Both the position numbers and the translations under genes were made by a program. The notes under the pieces are model-generated. The model had not been told where the DNA came from, made no database searches, and was given only the letters and a program-made list of their open reading frames with translations. A stretch of 64,000 nucleotides of DNA, from the IMG/VR virus record IMGVR_UViG_3300037467_003075, positions 1 to 64,000 of that record; one strand, 5' to 3'. Position 1 is the first letter of the stretch, and every line of letters begins with the position of its first letter. This document shows positions 37,679 through 46,209 of this stretch, one piece after another. The DNA is from a virus. Its lineage: Duplodnaviria; Heunggongvirae; Uroviricota; Caudoviricetes.

Positions 37679-39121
37679 TCAATCACCCATGTACACCAGG
37701 CGGCCCGCCATAAACTCAAGATCGACATTTTCACGCTTGAACATTTGATACAGGCTGACCGCTTGTTTTTGCTGCACCCCAAGGAAAGCAGCGATGTTCA
37801 AATGAAAGTCGTTCAAGTTTCCAGCCATCGGCACCGCGAAACGCTTGATTGCTTCGATATAGCGGCCGCGCAGCTCATCATCGCGCACCCTGATGCGAGT
37901 CGAAAAGTGTGATTCCATTTTCGTCATGTCGTAATTTTGCTCTATTTTGTTTTCCTCCAAAAACTGAGGAATCGGGCAGTCAATCAGTTTGTCAAGCACA
38001 TCCAGCGCATCCAGCGAACCAGAAAGCTTGAAATATTTGAAAAGATAGGACTTCATTAGCGTATAATTTTCGACGATATACGTCTTATCCACTCGTTTCC
38101 AATTCACCGAATGATTCTGAGCCTGATTTTGACTGGCCTCGATTTCAGCTTTCGACGGCATGAAGTAGAAGCTATTCCGCGCCATATCGTAGGCAAACAA
38201 TGCGATTGCGCGATTCAAGGCGAACCAAGCGGACATCATGCTAGCGGAAAAATTGCAGTCCATCATGCGGTTTTCGAAGTGGAATGCATCAGTAAAGCGT
38301 GTATCCCACTCGTATTCCATGTCGCGGCCGTCATATCGATTCCAGAAGCCATTGCCACAAGGAATGCGGAAACACGATTCGCGCTGCATACTGACCATAT
38401 AGCCGTCAGTCTTTTTCGTGTGACCATTTTCTTCTGTACCGACAGCCGTTCTAATATTATACTCTACGGCATTGTACCAAGAGTAAAGCCTATCGCCATG
38501 CATCATATCATAACCATTCCCTGCTGTCCTACGTGCACCGCGAATGTTTGTCATTGACACCCATTTCAGCACTGGGAGGAAACGAACCAAGAACATGGCA
38601 ACGTTGCGGTACATTTTCATGACTGGCAGCTTGATTGCCACCACAGAACCATCCTCACCACCAAAATCCGCATAGGCGACAGCAGTGTGCACATGTGTGC
38701 TGGCACCGTAGTTATGGCGAACGCCGCCCGACGCTTCCAGGTAAATCGGCATGATACGATCAAACTCATCTTTAATGCCGTTGAAATCGTAAGCATGGAA
38801 CGGACTAGTTGAAGTTTCCGTTGAGTGCCAGTCACGATTTTCAACGTAGCAGCCGCCGCCGTCAGTATGAGAATCGTCATTCCAGCCGTTGCCGTCGTTT
38901 ATTGCTTTCGAAGAGGCGCAGCCAGCGCCGATTGTATTCAGACGACGAAGCGTTGTGCCTGGTCCATTTGCAGTAGGTGCTTCAAATTCGCACCCTTGAC
39001 GGATAAAACGATTGATTGCCGACAGCGACTGCTGCTTCCCGTTCATTTGCTCCATAAACTCTTTACTGTTCACCGTTACCACTTTCCTTCCGTTTTGGTT
39101 TGTTTTCCCTTCTGAATACAA
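37679..39121 (-). CDS. GS-like amidoligase-related protein, paralog 5 (divergent; start uncertain)
   Basis: GCEFEAP ... STHVHTA ... SWYNAVEYNIR echo the paralog motifs. A TTGACA-N17-TAATAT promoter sits at 39122-39150. Confidence 0.45.
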   Translation of the reverse strand: MYSEGKTNQNGRKVVTVNSKEFMEQMNGKQQSLSAINRFIRQGCEFEAPTANGPGTTLRRLNTIGAGCASSKAINDGNGWNDDSHTDGGGCYVENRDWHSTETSTSPFHAYDFNGIKDEFDRIMPIYLEASGGVRHNYGASTHVHTAVAYADFGGEDGSVVAIKLPVMKMYRNVAMFLVRFLPVLKWVSMTNIRGARRTAGNGYDMMHGDRLYSWYNAVEYNIRTAVGTEENGHTKKTDGYMVSMQRESCFRIPCGNGFWNRYDGRDMEYEWDTRFTDAFHFENRMMDCNFSASMMSAWFALNRAIALFAYDMARNSFYFMPSKAEIEASQNQAQNHSVNWKRVDKTYIVENYTLMKSYLFKYFKLSGSLDALDVLDKLIDCPIPQFLEENKIEQNYDMTKMESHFSTRIRVRDDELRGRYIEAIKRFAVPMAGNLNDFHLNIAAFLGVQQKQAVSLYQMFKRENVDLEFMAGRLVYMGD

Positions 39122-39152
39122 TATTAAACTTAAAGCTTAAAACTGTCAAGCG
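39122..39152 (-). promoter_or_regulatory. sigma-A-type promoter TTGACA-N17-TAATAT upstream of amidoligase paralog 5
   Basis: rc: gcTTGACAgttttaagctttaagttTAATATtgtattcag. Confidence 0.45.
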
Positions 39153-39227
39153 TGGGGAAAAGAAAATCTAAAAATAAATTCTTGGAGTCGTTCCCCCTTG
39201 TTCATCACCCAATAGTCGAATATTAGA

Positions 39228-39575
39228 TCAATTCGCGAATTGCAGCATCCCGTAGTGTAAACGGAAACGATAGGAAGAACCAACCAAGGAAAGCAGCGCG
39301 TTCATTGCACTTCGATGTGTTCCCGTATTTCCCCAATATTGAAGGATAGGCACCGAGCGATAGCGGCCGATAGTCAGCAGCCGTCGATCATTGACATAAA
39401 GACTTATTTCAAACAGGCTTACGACAATTTTATACGTATTGACCTTGCAGCGCACTTTCGCTTCGCCGCGATGCTCTTCCGATTGCTCAGCAAGCTCGAC
39501 AGCCTTTTTGTAAATCGATTCGATCATTTTCATTGTCATATTCCTCCCGAAATATAATTTTAGACTATTGGGCAA
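39228..39575 (-). CDS. hypothetical protein
   Basis: 115 aa ORF preceded by the motif and RBS. Confidence 0.35.
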   Translation of the reverse strand: MPNSLKLYFGRNMTMKMIESIYKKAVELAEQSEEHRGEAKVRCKVNTYKIVVSLFEISLYVNDRRLLTIGRYRSVPILQYWGNTGTHRSAMNALLSLVGSSYRFRLHYGMLQFAN

Positions 39576-39650
39576 TCAACAAGGGAAACGACATGTCGTT
39601 TCCCCAATTATACGCGAATGATCGATCAAAATATTAGATTTCGATTGCAA
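39545..39650 (-). promoter_or_regulatory. AGTCTAAAATTATAT motif plus palindromic hairpin GGGAAACGACATGTCGTTTCCC and upstream ATCTAATATTT
   Basis: Read directly. Confidence 0.4.
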
Positions 39651-40071
39651 ATTCGTATTGCTTGTAGCCTTCCTCCTTGTCGCCATAGGAGATGAAGACC
39701 AACTTTCCGTCTACCCATTCAGCACCGTAAAGGTCTTCCATCACGCGCTGCAGCTGCGAATCGTCTTTCAATTCATCCAGCTTTTTAGCGATTTTCTCTT
39801 TCATCGCATGGGCTTTCGCTGCCGTTTCGAAGGCAAAAAAGTCGCCGATTGTAGCAACTTGGTTGCGTTTCGGATTAAACATGCGAATTGTCGATTTACG
39901 CACATCGTCTTCCTTTTCGCTGGTAACGAACATGTTATAGCGATTCGGCGCACCGAGCAGCCGCGTTCCCCAATACCGCATGGTATCTTTCGAAAACCAG
40001 TGCATACCAGCTTCCTCGTTAAGCTTCTTCATTTGAACAAAAGAAATCGGTTTAGCAGTCAGAATGTTCAT
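39634..40071 (-). CDS. hypothetical protein
   Basis: 145 aa; first gene of the minus block downstream of the control region; motif and RBS GGAGGG upstream. Confidence 0.4.
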   Translation of the reverse strand: MNILTAKPISFVQMKKLNEEAGMHWFSKDTMRYWGTRLLGAPNRYNMFVTSEKEDDVRKSTIRMFNPKRNQVATIGDFFAFETAAKAHAMKEKIAKKLDELKDDSQLQRVMEDLYGAEWVDGKLVFISYGDKEEGYKQYEFAIEI

Positions 40072-40084
40072 ATTCGTTATCCCT

Positions 40085-40112
40085 CCAAGGATATAATTTT
40101 AGATCATTCGCG
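40085..40112 (-). promoter_or_regulatory. ATCTAAAATTATAT promoter-like motif ahead of RBS GGAGGG of gene 39634-40071
   Basis: rc: gaatgATCTAAAATTATATccttGGAGGGataacgaatATG. Confidence 0.4.
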
Positions 40113-41080
40113 CATAATTCGGGAAACGGCCGCGGAAAAGGAAAGGAGAAAAGATTCGGTTTTGTTGGCCTATCATATAAGGCACAGTCCGACAGCGACA
40201 ATTAACTGTCACTGGATAGCTCTACCGAAAACGTTTTAATCCTTTTCTCGCAAACAACACCAGCTAGTGCCGTTCATGCCGTTGGTCAACTACTCACCCC
40301 GATACATTCGCACACTAGACTGGAATCATTCGCTTTCCCTATTCCGTTCGTTCCCTACTATTGATACGACAAGCACACAAGGTTAACCGAGGAGAAGTGC
40401 AGGCCAGAAGAGCAAAAAAGCTTCTAACCTGGATAAGCGCGGGCACCTACCTGCAGGAACACATTCCTGCGACCATGAAAACCGATGCGCTGGGACTTTA
40501 CGCGATGGTCAATCGCAACCTTGATCTTACCTTGCATGCTTGCCGTACTCTTGACTAGCCTGGCGGAAAAAATCCCAAAAACGTGTGAAGCCTCACCAGT
40601 ACTGCGCTAGTCTAATATTTGATTTAAATTATCGCCCTTTTTCGTGAACATCGACAGCACTACCCGCTCAACCCTTTCGGATTAATTCTCGTGCCGTGTG
40701 GATGGCCTAGTTTTAAGCAGCATCGCTTGAATCACCTTGCCTACGTCTATACTCACAACCCGCAAGCCCTGCAACCCTTTGACATTGAAAGCTTTCGCGC
40801 AATAAACCCCTTACCCTGGGCAGTGTTTCGGAAACACACCCCCTCTATTCAGCCTGGCACCTTTCGGCACCGCCTCCCTTTTCCGTTTCGTTTCCTGCAC
40901 CAGTTTCCTGCCCGCCTACTCACTTGGCGATGTGTCCAAGCTTTCGAATACCAGATATTCCGCTCATGCATTCCGTTTCCCTACTCACAAGAGGCTGACG
41001 CTACTAACCGCTGCTCCACTCTTCCCCGTTCACCCTTCACCGGAAAAAGTCGCGTTTTCAATCAAATATTAAATTGTCAA
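40110..41080 (-). ncRNA. candidate large structured ncRNA in a GC-rich, ORF-poor island (class unknown; strand tentative)
   Basis: About 50% GC against about 38% background. The only ORFs have non-protein-like composition. The minus-strand transcript would be purine-rich with many GAAA-containing hairpins (AATCC-GAAA-GGGTT, GTGCC-GAAA-GGTGC and others). A TTGACA -35 box sits at about 41075. Confidence 0.25.
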
Positions 41081-41867
41081 GGAACTTCATCGGCCCTTTA
41101 AAGCGTGGTTACGGCGACCGCTTTCCGTGTATGCTCCAAGCGTTTCGCACCCTGTGAAAGCAGTCCAGCAAGCTCGCAGCTGGTGATTCGTTGGGATAAT
41201 GAAGCTTTCAGCTTTCAGCTGGTAACTGAAAATTGTACCAGACGAAGCTGTCTTGCCGTGTTGCCTTTCTTTGATGCAAATTAACCTTACCATACCCGCC
41301 AACGTGCTGTCAACTAGAAATTTTTGCGCGGCGGAAAAGCCAGGAAAAACTGTGTCCCATTCTCTAAAAAGCTAGGAGACTGATATAGGGACTGATACCG
41401 CTGGATGGATTGTTGTGTTTCAGTGAGGATGTGACAGTACACCAGTCGCCATCTGTCAGCTACCCCCTTGCTGCCTATCCAATGCTGACGGCCCGTTTCT
41501 GTTTTCCGCTCTTCACGGTATGGCGTCCCCCATTCGCCTTGCAATGGGGATTGTTTGCCCAGGTCGGTCGTCCGTTTCGCTCTTGGATTGCCTTGCCGTC
41601 TTACAAGTCAACACTATACACTAGGGAATAAACGTTGTAAAGACTTTTTTTTGAGCAAATACAATCAAATATTGTACCGTATCCTCCTGCTGCTCTCATC
41701 TGCTCTCGTTTACTCCCTTATACTCTTATTCTTGCCGATATCGTCTAATATTATACGCTGCCCATGCAAAATATTTTTCTCTTCATTATAAGGGAAAAAA
41801 GAAAGTTGCCCGGTATCAAGTCAGTAGAGGAGAGAACACCAGGGAATGATCGATATGTTATGGAAGC

Positions 41868-41962
41868 ATAAATGTGAAGGATAAAAATGAAGGATATGAA
41901 CGATAAAAGCGAAGGATATGAAGGATAAAAAGCGAAGGATATGAAGCGAAGGATGGAAGCAT
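41868..41962. repeat. iteron-like degenerate tandem repeats (GAAGGATATGAA units with GATAAAAGC spacers)
   Basis: GAAGGATAAAAAT GAAGGATATGAACGATAAAAGC GAAGGATATGAAGGATAAAAAGC GAAGGATATGAAGC GAAGGATGGAAGC, read directly. Confidence 0.5.
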
Positions 41963-42299
41963 GTTCACCTGCGCACTGCAATTATTGTATAGATACAACA
42001 ATGAGGAGACACCTGGCAAGTGGCCCTCACTTCTGATAATAATCGTTATGAGAATTGCACCCAGGGGGCATTTCATTTGAAACGGCAGCGGCCCCGGTGA
42101 AAATCCGTGCGCACCTTCCCATATTAATTAAGGCTAAATAAGCTGTACGCACCTGTTACATAAAACAACGCACACATATCCATAGGGGGTGTAAAAGTCG
42201 AAAAAATACATTTCTCATAACGAATTGGAAACGACTTTCCAAAAAAAATCGGGGCCATTTTTGCTTACAATTTCTGAACGAAAAATATTTATAAAAAAT

Positions 42300-42345
42300 C
42301 GATTTTTCCTTGTATAAAAGGGGGTGGATCGGTTATAATATAAGT
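42300..42345 (+). promoter_or_regulatory. plus-strand promoter (TTGTAT-N17-TATAAT-ATAAGTATCAT) with upstream A-tracts, heading the plus-strand block
   Basis: TTGTATaaaagggggtggatcggTTATAATATaagtatcat; A/T-rich UP-like region at 42230-42300. Confidence 0.4.
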
Positions 42346-42736
42346 ATCATATAATTCTTTAAAACACTAAAGGAGGATGAAGGAAATGGTTGAAAAGTAC
42401 CACATGATTATGGGTAACATTGTAGAAGCGAGACGGGCAGGAGACATGAAAACAGTAAAAATGTGGCGGGGTAGATTGGAGAAATGGCAAAAAGAATATG
42501 GGGCGTGTGCACCCGTATAAGAGTATAGGAAAGTGGATATACTATAAGTATAATACAATAAGGGGAAATACAGGGACATTCCCTGCCCCGCGCCGCCGAG
42601 AGAGTGGAGGAATGAAATGACGAACACTCTCGTTAGTTTTTGTTAGAGGGTCTGGTTAGATGTAGTTAGTATAAGGATATGTACAAGTAGATAGTGTTGT
42701 ATTCATAAATAAAATGGGAGGACAAGTGTTACTAAT

Positions 42737-43006
42737 ATGGTATATACATGGGATGGTTTTGAACTGACTGAGGTAGTTGTGGAGTTTGTTGTCGGGGATA
42801 CAGATAAAGAATCGGTGATTACGGCGTTTCGTCTTAAGGGCGGCACAGACCTTGATTTCGGCGTTGTAGGCATGTGGTTGGTTGATGCCGAAGGAACAGT
42901 CGATTTTGGTTTTCCCGAAGAAAAGGGGCGCTACAGGATGTGTGCATACTGGCACGATACAAAGGAGTACTTCTGTGGTGCGTGGGATTTAGTGAAGCTG
43001 GATTAA
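42737..43006 (+). CDS. hypothetical protein
   Basis: 89 aa; RBS GGGAGGA. Confidence 0.4.
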   Translation: MVYTWDGFELTEVVVEFVVGDTDKESVITAFRLKGGTDLDFGVVGMWLVDAEGTVDFGFPEEKGRYRMCAYWHDTKEYFCGAWDLVKLD

Positions 43007-43034
43007 TAAATGTTAATAAGGGGAGAGAATTAGA

Positions 43035-43568
43035 ATGCCTTGGATTAAGGGTATTGCGAACAGAGAAGATGAAACGATGCATGGCGAAGTACTGTGTGAT
43101 TATTGTAATGAAGAACGATTCGAGGTTAAGGGTATATCTGTATACGCAGATGTGAAGTTCGTTTGTGAGACATGCGATAACAAACATAGAGTAATGTTTA
43201 ACAGGTGGGACATGTCACAGATTAAAGCAAGAGAGATGGATGTGACAAAGATACAGTCGGACATGTCTATGTTTCACAGCGTAGTAGCATGTTCTGGCGG
43301 TTGCGACAAGATTATCGACAAGCCAGGGCAAGGGAATTGGATTTGCGACGAGTGCGCCAGCAAGGGAGGCGGAGGGGTCAGAATAATTGAACAATTACTT
43401 GCTTACGCAAATGAATTGCGTAATAATATAGCTGATTTAGAAAAAAAGCTTAGAAATAATACTACTCAGAATGCATGTGGATACTGTCATGATGAGGGGA
43501 TTATTGATGGTATGAACCGTGTTCTCTACGGCTTGGAAAAAGTAATTGAGGAGGTAAACAATGAATGA
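43035..43568 (+). CDS. Cys-rich multi-zinc-ribbon protein
   Basis: CDYC...CETC..., CSGGC...CDEC, CGYC motifs. Confidence 0.45.
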   Translation: MPWIKGIANREDETMHGEVLCDYCNEERFEVKGISVYADVKFVCETCDNKHRVMFNRWDMSQIKAREMDVTKIQSDMSMFHSVVACSGGCDKIIDKPGQGNWICDECASKGGGGVRIIEQLLAYANELRNNIADLEKKLRNNTTQNACGYCHDEGIIDGMNRVLYGLEKVIEEVNNE

Positions 43569-43836
43569 TTTGATTAAAATAAGAGATAGAATTAATGAAT
43601 ACCAAACTGAGCTTTATTTTCATCCTTTTACTTGTCGCGCCGATGGCTGCAGGAATGATCTTGTTGCCGAGATCACAGGTGACGATGTTGTACTAGTCTG
43701 CCCTGGCTGTGGCCTTAAACAGGAAGAGTACCCACTCATGGAACTTTTTGAAGATGATGAGGCGTGGGATGAAATTATTAAGAGTTACAAGGAACTCCGT
43801 GAAATACTTAGACCAAAAGGGGAGGGCAAACAATGA
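43561..43836 (+). CDS. hypothetical zinc-ribbon protein
   Basis: CRADGC...CPGCG. Confidence 0.4.
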   Translation: MNDLIKIRDRINEYQTELYFHPFTCRADGCRNDLVAEITGDDVVLVCPGCGLKQEEYPLMELFEDDEAWDEIIKSYKELREILRPKGEGKQ

Positions 43837-44030
43837 CATACGCAGAATTGTATCGATTGGATTCGGGGTGGTATTATTATTCGATTGACGGTGGCGAGGA
43901 ATTTTTATGTGGAGCCGATAACAATTACCTTTTTGCACTTAATTTGATGTATGATATGGGCTATCAGCTTATTTCCTCTTTTTCCCGCGGCGGAACGAGA
44001 TACTACATTCTTATCCATAAAGGTGCATAA
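43833..44030 (+). CDS. hypothetical protein
   Basis: 65 aa ORF. Confidence 0.35.
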   Translation: MTYAELYRLDSGWYYYSIDGGEEFLCGADNNYLFALNLMYDMGYQLISSFSRGGTRYYILIHKGA

Positions 44031-44039
44031 TAACAATAG

Positions 44040-44831
44040 TTGTATAGGTACAACAATGGAGGGGTAGATTTGTTAATTGAGGAGTTAGATGGCGAAGTAT
44101 TAGTTGCCTGCGACTATTGCGGTGAGGTTGAGAGAGTTAAAATTAGTGCATACAAACGAAGATCGGCATCCCTTATTAAGAAGGATGCCTGTAAATCATG
44201 TATTGGACTCAAACTTTCAGAAGCAAAGTATGAATCGTTTATGCAATATGTGGAGTCAATTCGAACAGATGAAATAATTGATGGTAAATTTAAAAGGATT
44301 CCTCTTGGTGAAGGGGTCTATACAGTTGTTGATATTAAAAATTATGAAGTCCTTATTAATCTTTGTAGGTGGTATTTTTCCGCATCTGGATATGTGGTAG
44401 GAAATATCAAAGTAGATGGCGTTTTTTCTCAAATTCCTATGCACCGTTTCATTATGGGTCTTCCGCCGCAACATTTTGAGGTTGACCACATTAACAACAA
44501 CAGACTTTTTAATGTAGAAGATAATCTTCGAATTTGCACAAGACAGGAAAATGCAAGAAACATCAGGGCATACGACAAGGATAAGCACTCTAAATACAAA
44601 GGCGTGACAAAAAATAATGACAAGTGGGAGTCACGAATCAAGCATAAAGGAAGACTGTATCGTATAGGTCTGTTTACTGATGAAGTGGCGGCGGCCAACG
44701 GATACAACTTTTTTGCCAAGCTACTGTTTGGTGAATACGCAAACCTGAACGAATGCCCATATATGGATGAGTCAACATGGAGATCATTTATAACAGGAAA
44801 ACAGTTGTACAAGCAAAATATCCGCCTCTGA
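44040..44831 (+). CDS. HNH homing endonuclease with AP2 DNA-binding domain
   Basis: HFEVDHINNNRLFNVEDNLRICTRQENARN (HNH_3) followed by YKGVTK..DKWESRIKHKGRLYRIGLF (AP2); N-terminal zinc ribbon. Confidence 0.65.
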   Translation: MYRYNNGGVDLLIEELDGEVLVACDYCGEVERVKISAYKRRSASLIKKDACKSCIGLKLSEAKYESFMQYVESIRTDEIIDGKFKRIPLGEGVYTVVDIKNYEVLINLCRWYFSASGYVVGNIKVDGVFSQIPMHRFIMGLPPQHFEVDHINNNRLFNVEDNLRICTRQENARNIRAYDKDKHSKYKGVTKNNDKWESRIKHKGRLYRIGLFTDEVAAANGYNFFAKLLFGEYANLNECPYMDESTWRSFITGKQLYKQNIRL

Positions 44832-44837
44832 CCTTGC

Positions 44838-44880
44838 CTACGCTGTATTTATGTGGTATAATATAGGTATACTATAACGA
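44838..44880 (+). promoter_or_regulatory. plus-strand sigma-A-type promoter
   Basis: cTTGCCTacgctgtatttatgtggTATAATATaggtatactat. Confidence 0.4.
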
Positions 44881-45077
44881 AGGGGATTTATATGAAAAGG
44901 GTTTATTTGGTTGAAGTAGCCACAGATAAGCATAGTGAATTTGATGTACATAGTGTAATGCTTGTTGCATTACAGGCAGTACAGGAGTCAATCAGCGGTA
45001 AAATCAAGGTAAAAGTGCTTGAAGATAAAGACATTAATAAGTCTTAATAATAAACTTTAGAACATTTATAAGGAGTT

Positions 45078-45272
45078 ATGAACATGGGTATTTCTTATGT
45101 TTTTCGCGCCGATGGATACGGTGGCGTTGAGAAGTGCGATCTTAATTGCGGGCAGGATGTTATTTTTATTCGCGGCGAACTAGCTGACGAGTGGGAATCG
45201 ATAGATGAATTTCTTTTGTCTAACCGTACCTATGCAACACTACAAGAATGTATTGAAAAGGAGGGTCTGTAA
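45078..45272 (+). CDS. hypothetical protein
   Basis: 64 aa ORF. Confidence 0.35.
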   Translation: MNMGISYVFRADGYGGVEKCDLNCGQDVIFIRGELADEWESIDEFLLSNRTYATLQECIEKEGL

Positions 45273-45273
45273 A

Positions 45274-45513
45274 ATGTACGAATTACACTGGACAAAAAGG
45301 CTTAATAAAAAGGAGGCCGATTACACAGTTGTTAACTATGGGTGCCAAAAAGAATTTGTAACTATTGAGGAAGCAGATGAGTATGTAAGAAAGAACAATC
45401 TAAATCCATCTTATCTTCTTGATAAAGATGGATGCTTAACTGTAAAAATTTACGCCGCTTCTTTCTTCTCATCTCCCGCGCCGCGAAAAAGGAGGAAGTT
45501 GAATGAAGGTTAA
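45274..45513 (+). CDS. hypothetical protein (start trimmed to the ATG after AAGGAGGG)
   Basis: RBS 8 nt upstream of the MYELHW start. Confidence 0.35.
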   Translation: MYELHWTKRLNKKEADYTVVNYGCQKEFVTIEEADEYVRKNNLNPSYLLDKDGCLTVKIYAASFFSSPAPRKRRKLNEG

Positions 45514-45727
45514 ATTAATAGCACTTATGGTGCTGTCAGCTTTACTACTCAGTGGATGTCGAGAAACCGAAAGTGCTGAATTATCGGGACGCTATTTCGT
45601 TGTAATTACTGATGATAAAACAGGATGCAAGTACATTACATACGATAGGGGGATTTCACCTTATTATGACGAAAATGGAAGAGTGGCAGGATGTTTCAAT
45701 TCTAAATCAGAAGGAGTATTGCAATGA
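45503..45727 (+). CDS. lipoprotein
   Basis: Signal peptide plus lipobox LLSGC. Confidence 0.45.
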   Translation: MKVKLIALMVLSALLLSGCRETESAELSGRYFVVITDDKTGCKYITYDRGISPYYDENGRVAGCFNSKSEGVLQ

Positions 45728-45836
45728 GATTCCAATTTAAACCTAGTCGGTTCTTATTTGGTTTTCAGTTAACACATGGACGGTTAAGCATTAGTTTTGG
45801 CGCATGGTCTTTGAGGTTCGGAAAGGGGAAATAAAA

Positions 45837-46196
45837 ATGAGATATAAGGGAAATAGGACAATCGAAAAAGTGCTTGGAGACAGATCGGTATTTACTTATC
45901 ACCACGATTTGCAGAGAATGACTGAACTGTGTGGATGTAGCAGAGGTCATGTTGCACAAATCCTAAGAAAGAAGTATCCTGACGAAGAAAAGTATATGGA
46001 ACAGGTAACTTACGGAGCAATTAAATACGCTTTTGAACGATTGGCGGAAGATGTAACAAGGGAACTGTTTACTATCGAAGATGAAAACGAGGCAGTTAAA
46101 GAGTTTTTTGAACTAAAAAGGTTGTACAAAAAAGCAAATAATAAAGTAGAAATGTTTACGGAATCAGATGGATGTCTTCTTGTAGACCATTTCTAA
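45837..46196 (+). CDS. hypothetical protein
   Basis: MRYKGNR... follows RBS GGGGAAATAAAA. Confidence 0.4.
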   Translation: MRYKGNRTIEKVLGDRSVFTYHHDLQRMTELCGCSRGHVAQILRKKYPDEEKYMEQVTYGAIKYAFERLAEDVTRELFTIEDENEAVKEFFELKRLYKKANNKVEMFTESDGCLLVDHF

Positions 46197-46209
46197 GGAG
46201 GGAATAAAA

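Noticed and set aside
38111-38557. 148-aa plus-strand ORF
   Set aside because: It is antisense inside amidoligase paralog 5, with no RBS.
40691-41101. 136-aa plus-strand ORF in the GC-rich island
   Set aside because: The translation is dominated by P, F, R, H and C in a non-protein-like pattern (for example RHRLPFPFRFLHQFPARLLTWRC). There is no RBS, and the sequence lies inside a region better explained as structured or non-coding.
41868-41962. Tandem repeats as a CRISPR array
   Set aside because: The units are contiguous and degenerate with no unique spacers of CRISPR length, and no cas genes are present. They are interpreted as iterons or tandem repeats.
45205-45513. Full-length 102-aa ORF starting at 45205
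   Set aside because: The first 23 codons overlap the preceding gene. A strong RBS (AAGGAGGG) precedes the internal ATG at 45274, so the start was moved there.
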